Shown here: piece after piece, positions 1-8,628 of the stretch
Layout: every line of letters begins with the position of its first letter
How positions within the stretch are numbered: position 1 is the stretch's first letter
Source of the DNA: a virus
Lineage: Duplodnaviria; Heunggongvirae; Uroviricota; Caudoviricetes
Length of the DNA stretch: 64,000 nucleotides
Direction: 5' to 3' (one strand)
Virus record (IMG/VR): IMGVR_UViG_3300037512_000782
Coordinates: 1-64,000 of that record
Notes under the pieces: model-generated
What the model saw: only the letters and a program-made list of their open reading frames with translations
The model's database searches: none
Told to the model about the DNA's origin: nothing
Program-made: the position numbers and the translations under genes

Positions 1-2
1 CG

Positions 3-374
3 TTCCACGGCCAGTTCGCCGCCGGGGAAGTGTTCGGCGAGTTCTACGGACAGTTTGCAGTCAAGGACAACATGAAGACCCTTCAGCAGATGAAGTTCAA
101 GTTCGGCGACTCCGACACCGAATCCATAATCAAGTGCAACAGCTGCCAGACAATGCTCAACGGCATCGCCAACGCATACAACATTTACCGTACAAGGAAG
201 TCGGCGCTTCCCAGAATCTATCCAGAACTAGTCAAGAGACTGGAACTCATTGAAAAGATTGCGGAAGACACGAAGGTTGCCGACAAGATTTTGTACCTCA
301 CAGCAGAAATCCGAGAGATGTTCGGTACTGACATCGAAATCGCGGGAACTCTGCCAGCAGAAAAGGAAGGCTAA
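3..374 (+). CDS. hypothetical protein, 5'-truncated by the window edge
   Basis: Frame is open from base 3 to TAA at 374; codon usage matches neighbouring genes. Confidence 0.7.
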   Translation, partial: FHGQFAAGEVFGEFYGQFAVKDNMKTLQQMKFKFGDSDTESIIKCNSCQTMLNGIANAYNIYRTRKSALPRIYPELVKRLELIEKIAEDTKVADKILYLTAEIREMFGTDIEIAGTLPAEKEG

Positions 375-375
375 T

Positions 376-981
376 ATGCAGCTCGACAAGTACATCAGCG
401 ACATCAAGGCGGGAATCGACAAGAAAGGCAAGTGGCCGTCGAAGATGCTCACCGAACGCTCGATCGAAATCAACTACACGGCGAACAACATCCGTCTCGC
501 CGGACGTGTCATCATCGCGTTCAGCGTACCGAACGGACATGTCAACGTGCGCGTGTCCTTCTACAACTACAACTGCGTACGAAAAGAGTCCATCGTCATG
601 CGGGAGCTTTCCGTTGACGCGGTCGTAAGGCAGATCGAGAGCTTCGTGGACGAGAAGGAATCCAGCCTCAAGGCAGAATGCGTCACCGCTGGAGCTAACC
701 GCAAGACCATCGACGACATCATGGCCAATAACGGATACGCAGTCGATTGCGACTCGAAGTACATGGCCGTGTTCAAGGGCAAGGGCGTCAAGATTACCTT
801 CAAGTACACCGACGACGCGAACTTCTCCGTAATCATCACCAAGATCCGCAAGAAGTACAACGAAAAGGACATCATGTTCGAGACGGCCTTCCCGGACGGC
901 GACTACAAGCCGTGGGTCGATAAGATTTCTACTGGCATCGAGAACATCCGTCTGAAACTCATCCCAGAGGACAAGCAATGA
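376..981 (+). CDS. hypothetical protein (201 aa)
   Basis: ATG at 376 follows an AAGGAAGG RBS, 1 nt after the previous stop; stop overlaps the next start (ATGA). Confidence 0.8.
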   Translation: MQLDKYISDIKAGIDKKGKWPSKMLTERSIEINYTANNIRLAGRVIIAFSVPNGHVNVRVSFYNYNCVRKESIVMRELSVDAVVRQIESFVDEKESSLKAECVTAGANRKTIDDIMANNGYAVDCDSKYMAVFKGKGVKITFKYTDDANFSVIITKIRKKYNEKDIMFETAFPDGDYKPWVDKISTGIENIRLKLIPEDKQ

Positions 982-1217
982 ACGAAGAACAGTTTCTAGC
1001 GCTCAAGCGATTCTTCTACTTTATCTACGAGGCGATAGCTGGCCTCGGCATCATCTTCGTGATGCTCATCGCTTCGCTCGCCGCCGGAACGTGGTTAATA
1101 TCCAGCCTCGGCGACGTCGGCGGTTTCATCTGGCTCGGAATAACCTATCTCGAATTCCTTGCCTTCTATCCAATCTACGACCGCATACTGGAAAGCATGC
1201 GCAAATATATGCCGTGA
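978..1217 (+). CDS. small membrane protein (two hydrophobic segments)
   Basis: ATGA overlap with the upstream gene; two long hydrophobic stretches. Confidence 0.7.
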   Translation: MNEEQFLALKRFFYFIYEAIAGLGIIFVMLIASLAAGTWLISSLGDVGGFIWLGITYLEFLAFYPIYDRILESMRKYMP

Positions 1218-1224
1218 GGTAAGC

Positions 1225-1410
1225 ATGACCGCACCCATAAATGAGTACTGCAGACCGCAAGCCGATATCGACGAAGAGAACTACATCAAGGAAGGCATCG
1301 CCAAGTACGGCTATGACGGATTCTGGAAACTTATCGAAGAGCTGAACAAACAGCCGATGAAGCCAGTAACGATACCGATGATACGCCGCACATTCCCCCA
1401 GATACCGTAA
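1225..1410 (+). CDS. small hypothetical protein
   Basis: GAGGT RBS then ATG at 1225 (MTAPINEY...). Confidence 0.65.
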   Translation: MTAPINEYCRPQADIDEENYIKEGIAKYGYDGFWKLIEELNKQPMKPVTIPMIRRTFPQIP

Positions 1411-1647
1411 TCACTCGTCCGCATCGACTACAACGCATTCCTTCAAGAATGCGTTTTTGTTTATGAGATCCATGTCTTGTGGACACCAGCCAACGAAGAA
1501 CAGTTTTGCATTCTCGACCATCTGTTCGGCAAGCTCCTTCATTTCGAACTTGTCGGCATGTTCCTTGTCCGTGGCGAATAACAGAGGATAGGTCTGTCGC
1601 TGCCTCGTGTAATAAAGTCCGTTAGTCTTGTGCAATAGGTAATACAT
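1411..1647 (-). CDS. small hypothetical protein
   Basis: ORF abuts the convergent gene; TGTTATATT extended -10-like motif just upstream. Confidence 0.6.
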   Translation of the reverse strand: MYYLLHKTNGLYYTRQRQTYPLLFATDKEHADKFEMKELAEQMVENAKLFFVGWCPQDMDLINKNAFLKECVVVDADE

Positions 1648-1661
1648 GCCACAAATATAAC

Positions 1662-1686
1662 AAAAGGCGGCTAGATGCCGCCTTTC
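1662..1686 (-). terminator. intrinsic terminator after nrdG
   Basis: AAAAGGCGGC-TAGAT-GCCGCCTTTC hairpin with A/T tracts. Confidence 0.75.
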
Positions 1687-2193
1687 TTATTTCCGCAATT
1701 CGGCGATTTCCGCCCTCGACAGAAGCCGCTGGTTGCTACTGCCTCGGAATCGCAAGGAAAGGTCTCTCTGGGCTTGGATAAACGGCCCGTCGACCAAAGT
1801 ATCCACCAAGTCGAGAATGCGGTCTGTGACCACTTCTACGTGCTTTCTCTGCCCCTTGAGCAAGTCCTTTTCGAGGACGTACCCAGTGAACATCCAAAGC
1901 GTCTTGTTCGGACACTCTGTCTTGAACCTAGCGAGGAAACGAAGGAGGCCAGCTTGGTTCTCTTCCTCGAACGGTTCGCCGCCTACGACGGTGAGACCAT
2001 CGATGTAAGGCTGCTTGCAAGCCTCGATGATTTCGTTCTCCTCGATGGGAGTAAATTCCTTGCCGAAATTGAAGTCCCACGTCTTCGGATTGAAACAACC
2101 CGGACAATGGTTGCGGCAACCGCTGACGAAAAGGCTGACTCTGCAGCCTTCGCCGTCAACGATACTCATGAAGTCGATATTACCGTAGTTCAT
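1687..2193 (-). CDS. nrdG: anaerobic ribonucleotide reductase activating enzyme (radical SAM)
   Basis: DGEGCRVSLFVSGCRNHCPGCFN (CxxxCxxC), GGEP, LVDGPF, FRGSSNQR; coupled to nrdD. Confidence 0.97.
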   Translation of the reverse strand: MNYGNIDFMSIVDGEGCRVSLFVSGCRNHCPGCFNPKTWDFNFGKEFTPIEENEIIEACKQPYIDGLTVVGGEPFEEENQAGLLRFLARFKTECPNKTLWMFTGYVLEKDLLKGQRKHVEVVTDRILDLVDTLVDGPFIQAQRDLSLRFRGSSNQRLLSRAEIAELRK

Positions 2194-4766
2194 TAGATGT
2201 TATGCCTATCGTCGAGTTCTTTGAGCTTGCCGTCATTCCATGACCAGCGGATGGTCTTTCTGGGAGAACCAGTCAGATATCCGGTGATACGACGGACACG
2301 CACAAAATATCTTTCGTCACTGCAGCCGCACTTCGGACAAACGTTGTCGATGATGCCGTGGAAACCGCACTTCAAGCAGTCGTCACTGTCCATCGTACAA
2401 GTGAAATATCCCAAGTCGCCTTCGTACATCGCGTCGATACAAGCCTTCACAGCGGCGGTATTCTTGGTAAGGTCGCCGTTGAGCTTGTAATAGAAGATGT
2501 GGCCAGCGTTGGTGAGCGCATGGAACGGAGCTTCGGTCTTGATCTTGTTCTCAAGCGAGGTGTCGAGAGAGAAGTCCATCATGTGAGAGTTCGTGTAGTA
2601 GCCCTTACCGAACAAGCGCTGCAGATTGACGTCGGCGAGCTTCTTGTTCTTGGCGACGAGCATGAGGTTTCCGTTCTCGTCCTTGACTTCCTTGGAGAAC
2701 TTGTTCTTGTCGATCGTAGCAAAGCGGCCAGCGACAGCTTCTGCCGGAGTAGCGAACGTACTCCAGTTGTAGTGTGTTTCCTTCTGGCAAGCGTCAGTAA
2801 AGTCGCGGATGTGCTTGACGATGCTGATAGCGAACTCGTCGACATCGTGGTCGATACCGAAGGTCTTTCCAGTGATGACATTGACGGTTTCAGCGATACC
2901 GATGTAACCGATGCTCAAGGTAGACTGCTTCAATACATCGGCAATCTTGTCATGAATGTCGTGTTCCTTGTCATCAGAAGTGTAATAGACGCCTTGCTGC
3001 ATCGTGAACGGATAGTTCTCGTACGTCTTGTCGCAGATGAGCTTGAAGCGTTCGATGAGGCTTCCCTTTGCATCTTCGAGCATTTCGTCGAGCTTCTTGA
3101 AGAAGATTTCCTTGCGATGCTCGACATTCGTGGAGTCAAGGTGGGCTTCGATAGCGAGGCGCGGAAGGTTGATCGTGTGGAATGCGAAGTTGCCACGGCC
3201 AGTCGTCTGCTGGGCACCGTTGATGTTGCCGATGACGCGAGTACGGCAGCCCATCGTAGCGATGGTCGTATTCGGAATCACGCGGCGGAGAGTTGCGTGG
3301 TAGCCCTTGCACTTGACGATATCCCAGTTCTCGCCGATACCGAGGTTGACGGAGTAGACAGGGAACTCTCCCTTCGGAGTGTCGATGTCGGTTTCGTCGG
3401 TGACCATGATATAATCGTTCTGGCCACGATGAGAAATCATCCTTCCACCAGAAAGCACGACTTCCTTCGTCTCGTACTTGATGTACGGCTTGTTGAAGGA
3501 GGAGTCAACACGGACAAAGTTCGGATAGAATCTGCGAGCGAGACAGTCGATGGACTGGAGATACAAGTCGAAGTTCGGATCGCCGACATACTTCGTGTAG
3601 CCCTTCATGAGCTTGAAAATCAAAATTGGGAATATTGCGGTGAGTCCGTCGCCCATACCTTCGTACTGGGCCCTAACAAGGTTCTTGCTGACCATTCGTC
3701 CGCAGTTGGAAGTATCGAGGCCGAAGTTCAACGACGAGAACGGCACCTGGTTTCCAGAGCGCGACTGCAAGGAGTTCAAGTTATGGACAAGCGCTTCCAT
3801 GGCTTGATGGGTGTCATTGTCGGTACATTCAATCGCAGTAGCGACGCATTCCGGACGATATACGTTGTACAAATCGGCGAGCGGAGCGTCCATCGTTATG
3901 CCGATTTCAGCAAGCTTCTTCGAGACACGCTTAATCATGAACTCTTCAGTCTCGGCTTGCTGCTTGAGGAACATCGCATAATCCGGGTCATGAGAATACA
4001 TCGCATAGCGGTTCAGTTCACGCGCAAGGTTCTTACGGAAAGATTCGTCGACAAACGGTGCGAGATCAAAGTCGATATTGTCTGCAGCGATACCGCCGTA
4101 CTGCTGGTTTGACTGCAACTGGAGGATAACCGCAGTCAATGCGGCTGCCGACTGGATAGACTTAGCCCTGCGCAAAAAGCCAGTGCCAGAGTCAAAGCCG
4201 TTCGTTAGTAATTTTCCGACTGGGGCAAAGAGGCAGTTAAAGGAAAGGTCGTAGAAATTCAAGTCGTGAATGTGCATCGCGCCGTCGGCATGTTCGTCGG
4301 CATACTTTCTCGTCATCGAGTTCAAGCTGTTGTACATCTTGTTCGTCTCGCTGGCAATCTTGCCGAACATGCCAGCTGGAGTAGCGCCAGATTCGTTCGC
4401 ATTGTCTCTCAAGATGTTGGAGCTAGCGAGCTTTGCATGCTTCAACTTACGTATTAACGCATATACGCCGCTTTCATTCTCACGAATTATTGCACGGTTT
4501 TGACGATACTTGATGAACGCCTTGGCCACGCAGTTGAATCCGTTGTCCATTAGTACGTTCTCGATGGTGTCTTGAATGTCCTCGACCTTTGCGGCTTGCT
4601 TACCGCCAGCGGACAAGTCGTCAACGACTTCGCCTACAAGTCCGTCAAGAATGTCATTGGTGTACTGGGTTGTGCAATCCTTGAAAGCCGCCTCGATTGC
4701 GTCATAAATGTGCTTCGTATCGAACGGTTTCTTACGATGGTCGCGCTTAATTACTTGTGTTAACAT
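2193..4766 (-). CDS. nrdD: anaerobic (class III) ribonucleoside-triphosphate reductase with ATP cone
   Basis: N-terminal VIKRD ATP cone, HIHDL, MGCRT finger loop, TPAE, GYYTNS, CxxC..CxxC, RRITGYL glycyl-radical motif. Confidence 0.97.
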   Translation of the reverse strand: MLTQVIKRDHRKKPFDTKHIYDAIEAAFKDCTTQYTNDILDGLVGEVVDDLSAGGKQAAKVEDIQDTIENVLMDNGFNCVAKAFIKYRQNRAIIRENESGVYALIRKLKHAKLASSNILRDNANESGATPAGMFGKIASETNKMYNSLNSMTRKYADEHADGAMHIHDLNFYDLSFNCLFAPVGKLLTNGFDSGTGFLRRAKSIQSAAALTAVILQLQSNQQYGGIAADNIDFDLAPFVDESFRKNLARELNRYAMYSHDPDYAMFLKQQAETEEFMIKRVSKKLAEIGITMDAPLADLYNVYRPECVATAIECTDNDTHQAMEALVHNLNSLQSRSGNQVPFSSLNFGLDTSNCGRMVSKNLVRAQYEGMGDGLTAIFPILIFKLMKGYTKYVGDPNFDLYLQSIDCLARRFYPNFVRVDSSFNKPYIKYETKEVVLSGGRMISHRGQNDYIMVTDETDIDTPKGEFPVYSVNLGIGENWDIVKCKGYHATLRRVIPNTTIATMGCRTRVIGNINGAQQTTGRGNFAFHTINLPRLAIEAHLDSTNVEHRKEIFFKKLDEMLEDAKGSLIERFKLICDKTYENYPFTMQQGVYYTSDDKEHDIHDKIADVLKQSTLSIGYIGIAETVNVITGKTFGIDHDVDEFAISIVKHIRDFTDACQKETHYNWSTFATPAEAVAGRFATIDKNKFSKEVKDENGNLMLVAKNKKLADVNLQRLFGKGYYTNSHMMDFSLDTSLENKIKTEAPFHALTNAGHIFYYKLNGDLTKNTAAVKACIDAMYEGDLGYFTCTMDSDDCLKCGFHGIIDNVCPKCGCSDERYFVRVRRITGYLTGSPRKTIRWSWNDGKLKELDDRHNI

Positions 4767-4817
4767 AACATCTCTTTTGCCGTTTCGGCAGATTAAATGA
4801 TCGTTTCGGTAAAGGCA

Positions 4818-4846
4818 AGTTTAGCAATATTCAAATGCGAAAGCAA
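4818..4846 (-). promoter_or_regulatory. sigma70-type promoter of nrdDG
   Basis: Minus strand TTGCTT-17 bp-TAAACT with a TG extension. Confidence 0.6.
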
Positions 4847-4875
4847 ACAGAAAATCGCCCTAAAAATACCCCGAA

Positions 4876-4924
4876 CCACTATATATTGTTGATATCTTGT
4901 TGATATTTATACCATATATAGATG
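4876..4924. promoter_or_regulatory. tandem NrdR boxes
   Basis: CCACTATATATTGTTG (4876-4891) and ATACCATATATAGATG (4909-4924) fit the consensus acaCwAtATaTwGtgt; starts are 33 bp apart; upstream of nrdD. Confidence 0.75.
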
Positions 4925-4946
4925 CCGTTCGGGGCGATACCAATAA

Positions 4947-4975
4947 AAACGTCGAAACCAGCGCAGTTTCGACGT
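4947..4975 (-). terminator. intrinsic terminator after the AAA+ gene
   Basis: AACGTCGAAAC...GTTTCGACGTT hairpin followed by a T run on the minus strand. Confidence 0.65.
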
Positions 4976-4989
4976 TAATTATTTTTTAC

Positions 4990-6552
4990 TTACTTTTTAG
5001 CCTCGACGATGTGGCCGTCGGAGCCAGTCACCATCGCCGCGTTGGCAATGCTCTGGATTCTCTTGTTCACCGACGACGCGAAGTCTTCGATGCTGTATCC
5101 GTCCGGATACAAGTCCACGAGGTCGCTGATGATGCCAGCGATGTGCGCGTGGGTGAAGTTCGCGGAGATAATCGTCTGAACCAGTTTCTGGAACTCTTCA
5201 CTGCGACCATCCATCCAGTTCGGCATGAAAGCGTCAAGGCACTTGTACCTCTGCGTAATCACGTCGAAGACTTGGTCGAAGGTTTCTGGATTCTTGACGT
5301 GGATAACTTCGTCGATACGACCGTTACGAGTCTTGATAGTCGAGTTGATTCGCTGCGGGTCGTTGATCGTCATGATGATAACGCCAGAGAACTTGTTGGA
5401 GTTCGTCTCGTCGATGCAAGTGATGAATGTCGTAGTGAGGTTGTCCTTCTTGCTGAAGTCGTTGCCGTCGATATCGTCGAATACGAATATCGAGCCGGGG
5501 AACATGTTCAGAATGCGGAATACGCTACGAATCTTGCCAGTGTCGTTCAACGAGTCGGACGAAATCCAGAACACCGGGACATCGGTAAAGTCCATCACGA
5601 GCTTGTGGATCGAGACGGTCTTGCCAGTACCAGGGTCGCCTTGGAGAATGTAGCCACGGCGGCGCTTGGACGAAAGCACTGCGCGGCAAGTCTTGGACAT
5701 GTCGGCAAGGTCGATATTGTGAATGTCGAAGTTGATTTTTCGGCGAGGTTCCGTATGGAAATGGCCACCATCAATCTTGATCAAGTTCTTCTTGATGTCG
5801 ATGGAAGAAATGTAGTTCGCATAGATGATGTGTACAACATCGTCAAGGATGTCTACGTTGTCTTCGTCGTCGGAATCGGACAGACCGAACATGTCAGCAT
5901 TGTAGACGCCAAGGTTGATGTAGCTGTAGCCAGCATCTTGATTGACGTTGCTGTCCTTGTTCTTCTGGTTGTAGTAGTTGACTTCAATACCGACATTCAC
6001 CTTCTTGTACTTCGCAAGAAGATAGACCGTCACCATTTCTCCGCCAGTACCAGAACCAGTCGTAGGCGGACGATGCGTCTTCGTAATCTTGATGCCGTAC
6101 TTGTCTTGAATTTCCGGCTTCATTTCGACGAGCGCACGGCAGATGTCGCCAGTCGAGTCCATCTGCGTTGTATGGATAGCTTGTCCGTTCTTGTAGCCCA
6201 TGAACTTCGCGAGTTCGTCGTAGTCGGTATGGACTTCGTACTTCTGGGACACGAACAAGTTGTTGATAATCATGCTGGCCTTGCCGAGGTTCAATGCAGT
6301 CTCGGCAACGTCAGCGTAGTCCTTCATAGGGCCGCTTGCGTTGGACTTCACGATGTCAATCACACTCTCTACGAGGTGCGTACCCACGTTGATGAGCTTC
6401 TTTCGATTTTCGCCGGACAGCTTGTTCTTCAAATAACGGAGCTTCGCCTTTCTGTCCTTGCCAACCCAGAGGTCGCTGTCGATCTCGATATTCAGAAGCA
6501 TACTTCCGAGGTCGTCGAGCAGCCTCGTACCAATATTTTCCTTGTCAGCCAT
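4990..6552 (-). CDS. AAA+ ATPase with a long N-terminal domain
   Basis: Walker A GDPGTGKT, Walker B IFVFDDID, sensor TIN, RNGRID arginine finger. Confidence 0.9.
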   Translation of the reverse strand: MADKENIGTRLLDDLGSMLLNIEIDSDLWVGKDRKAKLRYLKNKLSGENRKKLINVGTHLVESVIDIVKSNASGPMKDYADVAETALNLGKASMIINNLFVSQKYEVHTDYDELAKFMGYKNGQAIHTTQMDSTGDICRALVEMKPEIQDKYGIKITKTHRPPTTGSGTGGEMVTVYLLAKYKKVNVGIEVNYYNQKNKDSNVNQDAGYSYINLGVYNADMFGLSDSDDEDNVDILDDVVHIIYANYISSIDIKKNLIKIDGGHFHTEPRRKINFDIHNIDLADMSKTCRAVLSSKRRRGYILQGDPGTGKTVSIHKLVMDFTDVPVFWISSDSLNDTGKIRSVFRILNMFPGSIFVFDDIDGNDFSKKDNLTTTFITCIDETNSNKFSGVIIMTINDPQRINSTIKTRNGRIDEVIHVKNPETFDQVFDVITQRYKCLDAFMPNWMDGRSEEFQKLVQTIISANFTHAHIAGIISDLVDLYPDGYSIEDFASSVNKRIQSIANAAMVTGSDGHIVEAKK

Positions 6553-6722
6553 TACATCCCCACTTGCATATCTTCAGGTGGCATTCCATCATCATACTGT
6601 ACGGTCACTGTAGACTTTGAACCGCCGTACTTCCAAGTGCGTATACACACGCGCAAAATATTCACAGCAAATGCCGAAAACAGCACTATCTTCAACCATT
6701 TAATGATTGTTTTGTGTGACAT
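6552..6722 (-). CDS. small membrane peptide (56 aa), not in the ORF track
   Basis: MSHKTIIKWLKIVLFSAFAVNILRVC...; GGAG RBS; TAATG overlap with the AAA+ start. Confidence 0.7.
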   Translation of the reverse strand: MSHKTIIKWLKIVLFSAFAVNILRVCIRTWKYGGSKSTVTVQYDDGMPPEDMQVGM

Positions 6723-6766
6723 CGTAATACTCCATCAATACACTATTTTAAGAAAAATATAGCAAA

Positions 6767-7510
6767 TCATCTTGTATATGGCAACAACCTAGCGTTCAGC
6801 TCGTAGATCATCGACGGACGGTAGTTGTCATCCCCAGTATACGAAAAACATTTCTTCGTGTCAACCGCCATCGAGTGTACCATACCGCGATGACCGCCAC
6901 AATGCAGAATGTACTTGGCCGAAGCCATGTAATCGCCGAGCAGACCGATCGAAGTGAACGGACAGTCGAGAACGTCGCGTTCGGTTATCATCATGTGCTT
7001 CAGAGCGCCCAGCATCTTGAAATACCCATCGTTGTCGGCAGCGATGCCGCCGTACGGACAAGTGATTCGGATGCACATGTACTTCGTGTCAAGAAGTTCC
7101 TTTACCTTCGACAGAAGCCAGTCATGACAGTATCCTTCATATTCGCCAGTGATCAATATAGGAAATTTCGGATCTTCTGGGCGAGGCATCCCATGGGCGA
7201 CCGGATACGATTCCAGCGTGACCGCACGATCCATCGCCGGATGGTCGAACTTGCCCAAGAAAATCGCCTTGTCATACTTTCCGATCTTCGTGGAATAATG
7301 GTCATACCAATCGTGGAAAATGTAGACATTGTTCCTACCTTCGGCACGGCGCACAAGGCCGCCACCGAACTGCGTGACTCCCAGCTTCGCATTGTCATTG
7401 GGTGACGAGAACTTCGTCTCTACACCGATGGAACGAGCCACGGCTACGGCAAGTATGTCGTACTTTGATTCGCCTTCGAAGGCACCAAGGTCTTTACCGA
7501 AACTGATCAT
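6767..7510 (-). CDS. hypothetical protein, possibly a degenerate GT-B glycosyltransferase-like fold
   Basis: ATGA-coupled to the upstream glycosyltransferase; the fold guess is weak. Confidence 0.55.
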   Translation of the reverse strand: MISFGKDLGAFEGESKYDILAVAVARSIGVETKFSSPNDNAKLGVTQFGGGLVRRAEGRNNVYIFHDWYDHYSTKIGKYDKAIFLGKFDHPAMDRAVTLESYPVAHGMPRPEDPKFPILITGEYEGYCHDWLLSKVKELLDTKYMCIRITCPYGGIAADNDGYFKMLGALKHMMITERDVLDCPFTSIGLLGDYMASAKYILHCGGHRGMVHSMAVDTKKCFSYTGDDNYRPSMIYELNARLLPYTR

Positions 7511-8565
7511 TCGTCACCGTTCTCCACGATTTGCTTCGCCTTCTCCACGAAGTCGGCAATCTCCTTCCGCTGTTCGTCCGACAAGTCTGGAATAGGATCG
7601 AAGATTTCTTGGACGAAAGTCGGAATGTAGCCGGGGCCATCTTCGGCCATGACCGCTTGCAGAATCTTCGTGAAGCTGATTTCTTCCTCGTAGTCGATGT
7701 CGTAAATCGTGGTATCGATCGTGAGGAGAGTCTTCTGCGTACAAGCCCACCTCAAGCGCACATTCAAGCGTTTCTTCTTGTCGTACTTTTCGACAAGTTC
7801 GGTGAGCGTCACCTTCTTGGCCACATAGGCTTCCAAGTCTTCCTTGGTCATACGGCGGATGCAAGCGCACAGCTTACGGTTGTACGTATATACGGACGAC
7901 GCTTGGTACGCTTCCGTGTTGACTTGCGGATGGAACAGATGATAGATGTAGCCAGTCGTACGGCAGACCGGGCCTACAAGGCGCTTAATCTTGTACGTAA
8001 ATGCATCATCTTCAGCACCCCATTCATAGAAGTCCTCGTCGAATCCGCCGACAGCTTCCCAAGTGGATTTCAAGTACATGTTGCAAAGGCCAGTCTGCCG
8101 CTGGATATGCACACCATGGAAACAGAACTTCGAGTTGATTGTTCCTCCACCGAGCAGCGTCCTCGTATGGGCCTCGGTCAAGTAATCGACGCCGTCGTAC
8201 GGATAAAGTATTCCGCAGCAGTTCCTACGAAGAAGTTCGGTGCCGTTCTCTATCGACTTCGCGGCTTCGTCGTTCAAATAGCTGTCCGCATCGACCATGA
8301 CGATGACATCCGATTCGGCTGCCTTGATAGCCTCGTTAAGCAATTTCGTCTTGTGGAAGCGAGTTCCGTCGTCGACTTGAACGCGCTTGACGTGCGGATT
8401 GTAGGTTGAAAGTTTTTCCGATTGGCTCGACTCGCCTTGTTCAGCAATGACGATTTCGGCGTCCGGCATTAGTTCTATACACCGATCGATTACAGCGAAT
8501 AGATTGCGCCGTCTGAACGAGTTCTTACCGTCCATGAAAGCCATTACTATCGAAAAATTGGGCAT
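7507..8565 (-). CDS. GT-A glycosyltransferase (GT2/GT7-like)
   Basis: FSIVMAF start, EIVIAEQ, FHKTKLLN, VDAD (DxD), GGFDEDFYEWGAEDD, YHLFH. Confidence 0.9.
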   Translation of the reverse strand: MPNFSIVMAFMDGKNSFRRRNLFAVIDRCIELMPDAEIVIAEQGESSQSEKLSTYNPHVKRVQVDDGTRFHKTKLLNEAIKAAESDVIVMVDADSYLNDEAAKSIENGTELLRRNCCGILYPYDGVDYLTEAHTRTLLGGGTINSKFCFHGVHIQRQTGLCNMYLKSTWEAVGGFDEDFYEWGAEDDAFTYKIKRLVGPVCRTTGYIYHLFHPQVNTEAYQASSVYTYNRKLCACIRRMTKEDLEAYVAKKVTLTELVEKYDKKKRLNVRLRWACTQKTLLTIDTTIYDIDYEEEISFTKILQAVMAEDGPGYIPTFVQEIFDPIPDLSDEQRKEIADFVEKAKQIVENGDE

Positions 8566-8579
8566 ATACAGCTCTTTTG

Positions 8580-8586
8580 ATAAACT
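8580..8586 (+). promoter_or_regulatory. ATAAACT putative late promoter (terminase); representative of about 16 intergenic copies
   Basis: Same heptamer lies shortly upstream of many structural genes on both strands; resembles T4 late TATAAATA. Confidence 0.7.
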
Positions 8587-8628
8587 CTATATAGAAATAT
8601 AGCAAAAATAATTTCAAAAAGGACTTAA

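Noticed and set aside
2358-6762. Long antisense ORFs (e.g. 2358-4112, 4897-6762; also 42167-44617, 33607-35106, 20411-21763)
   Set aside because: They mirror well-supported genes on the other strand; strong codon bias removes antisense stops; no motifs or RBS
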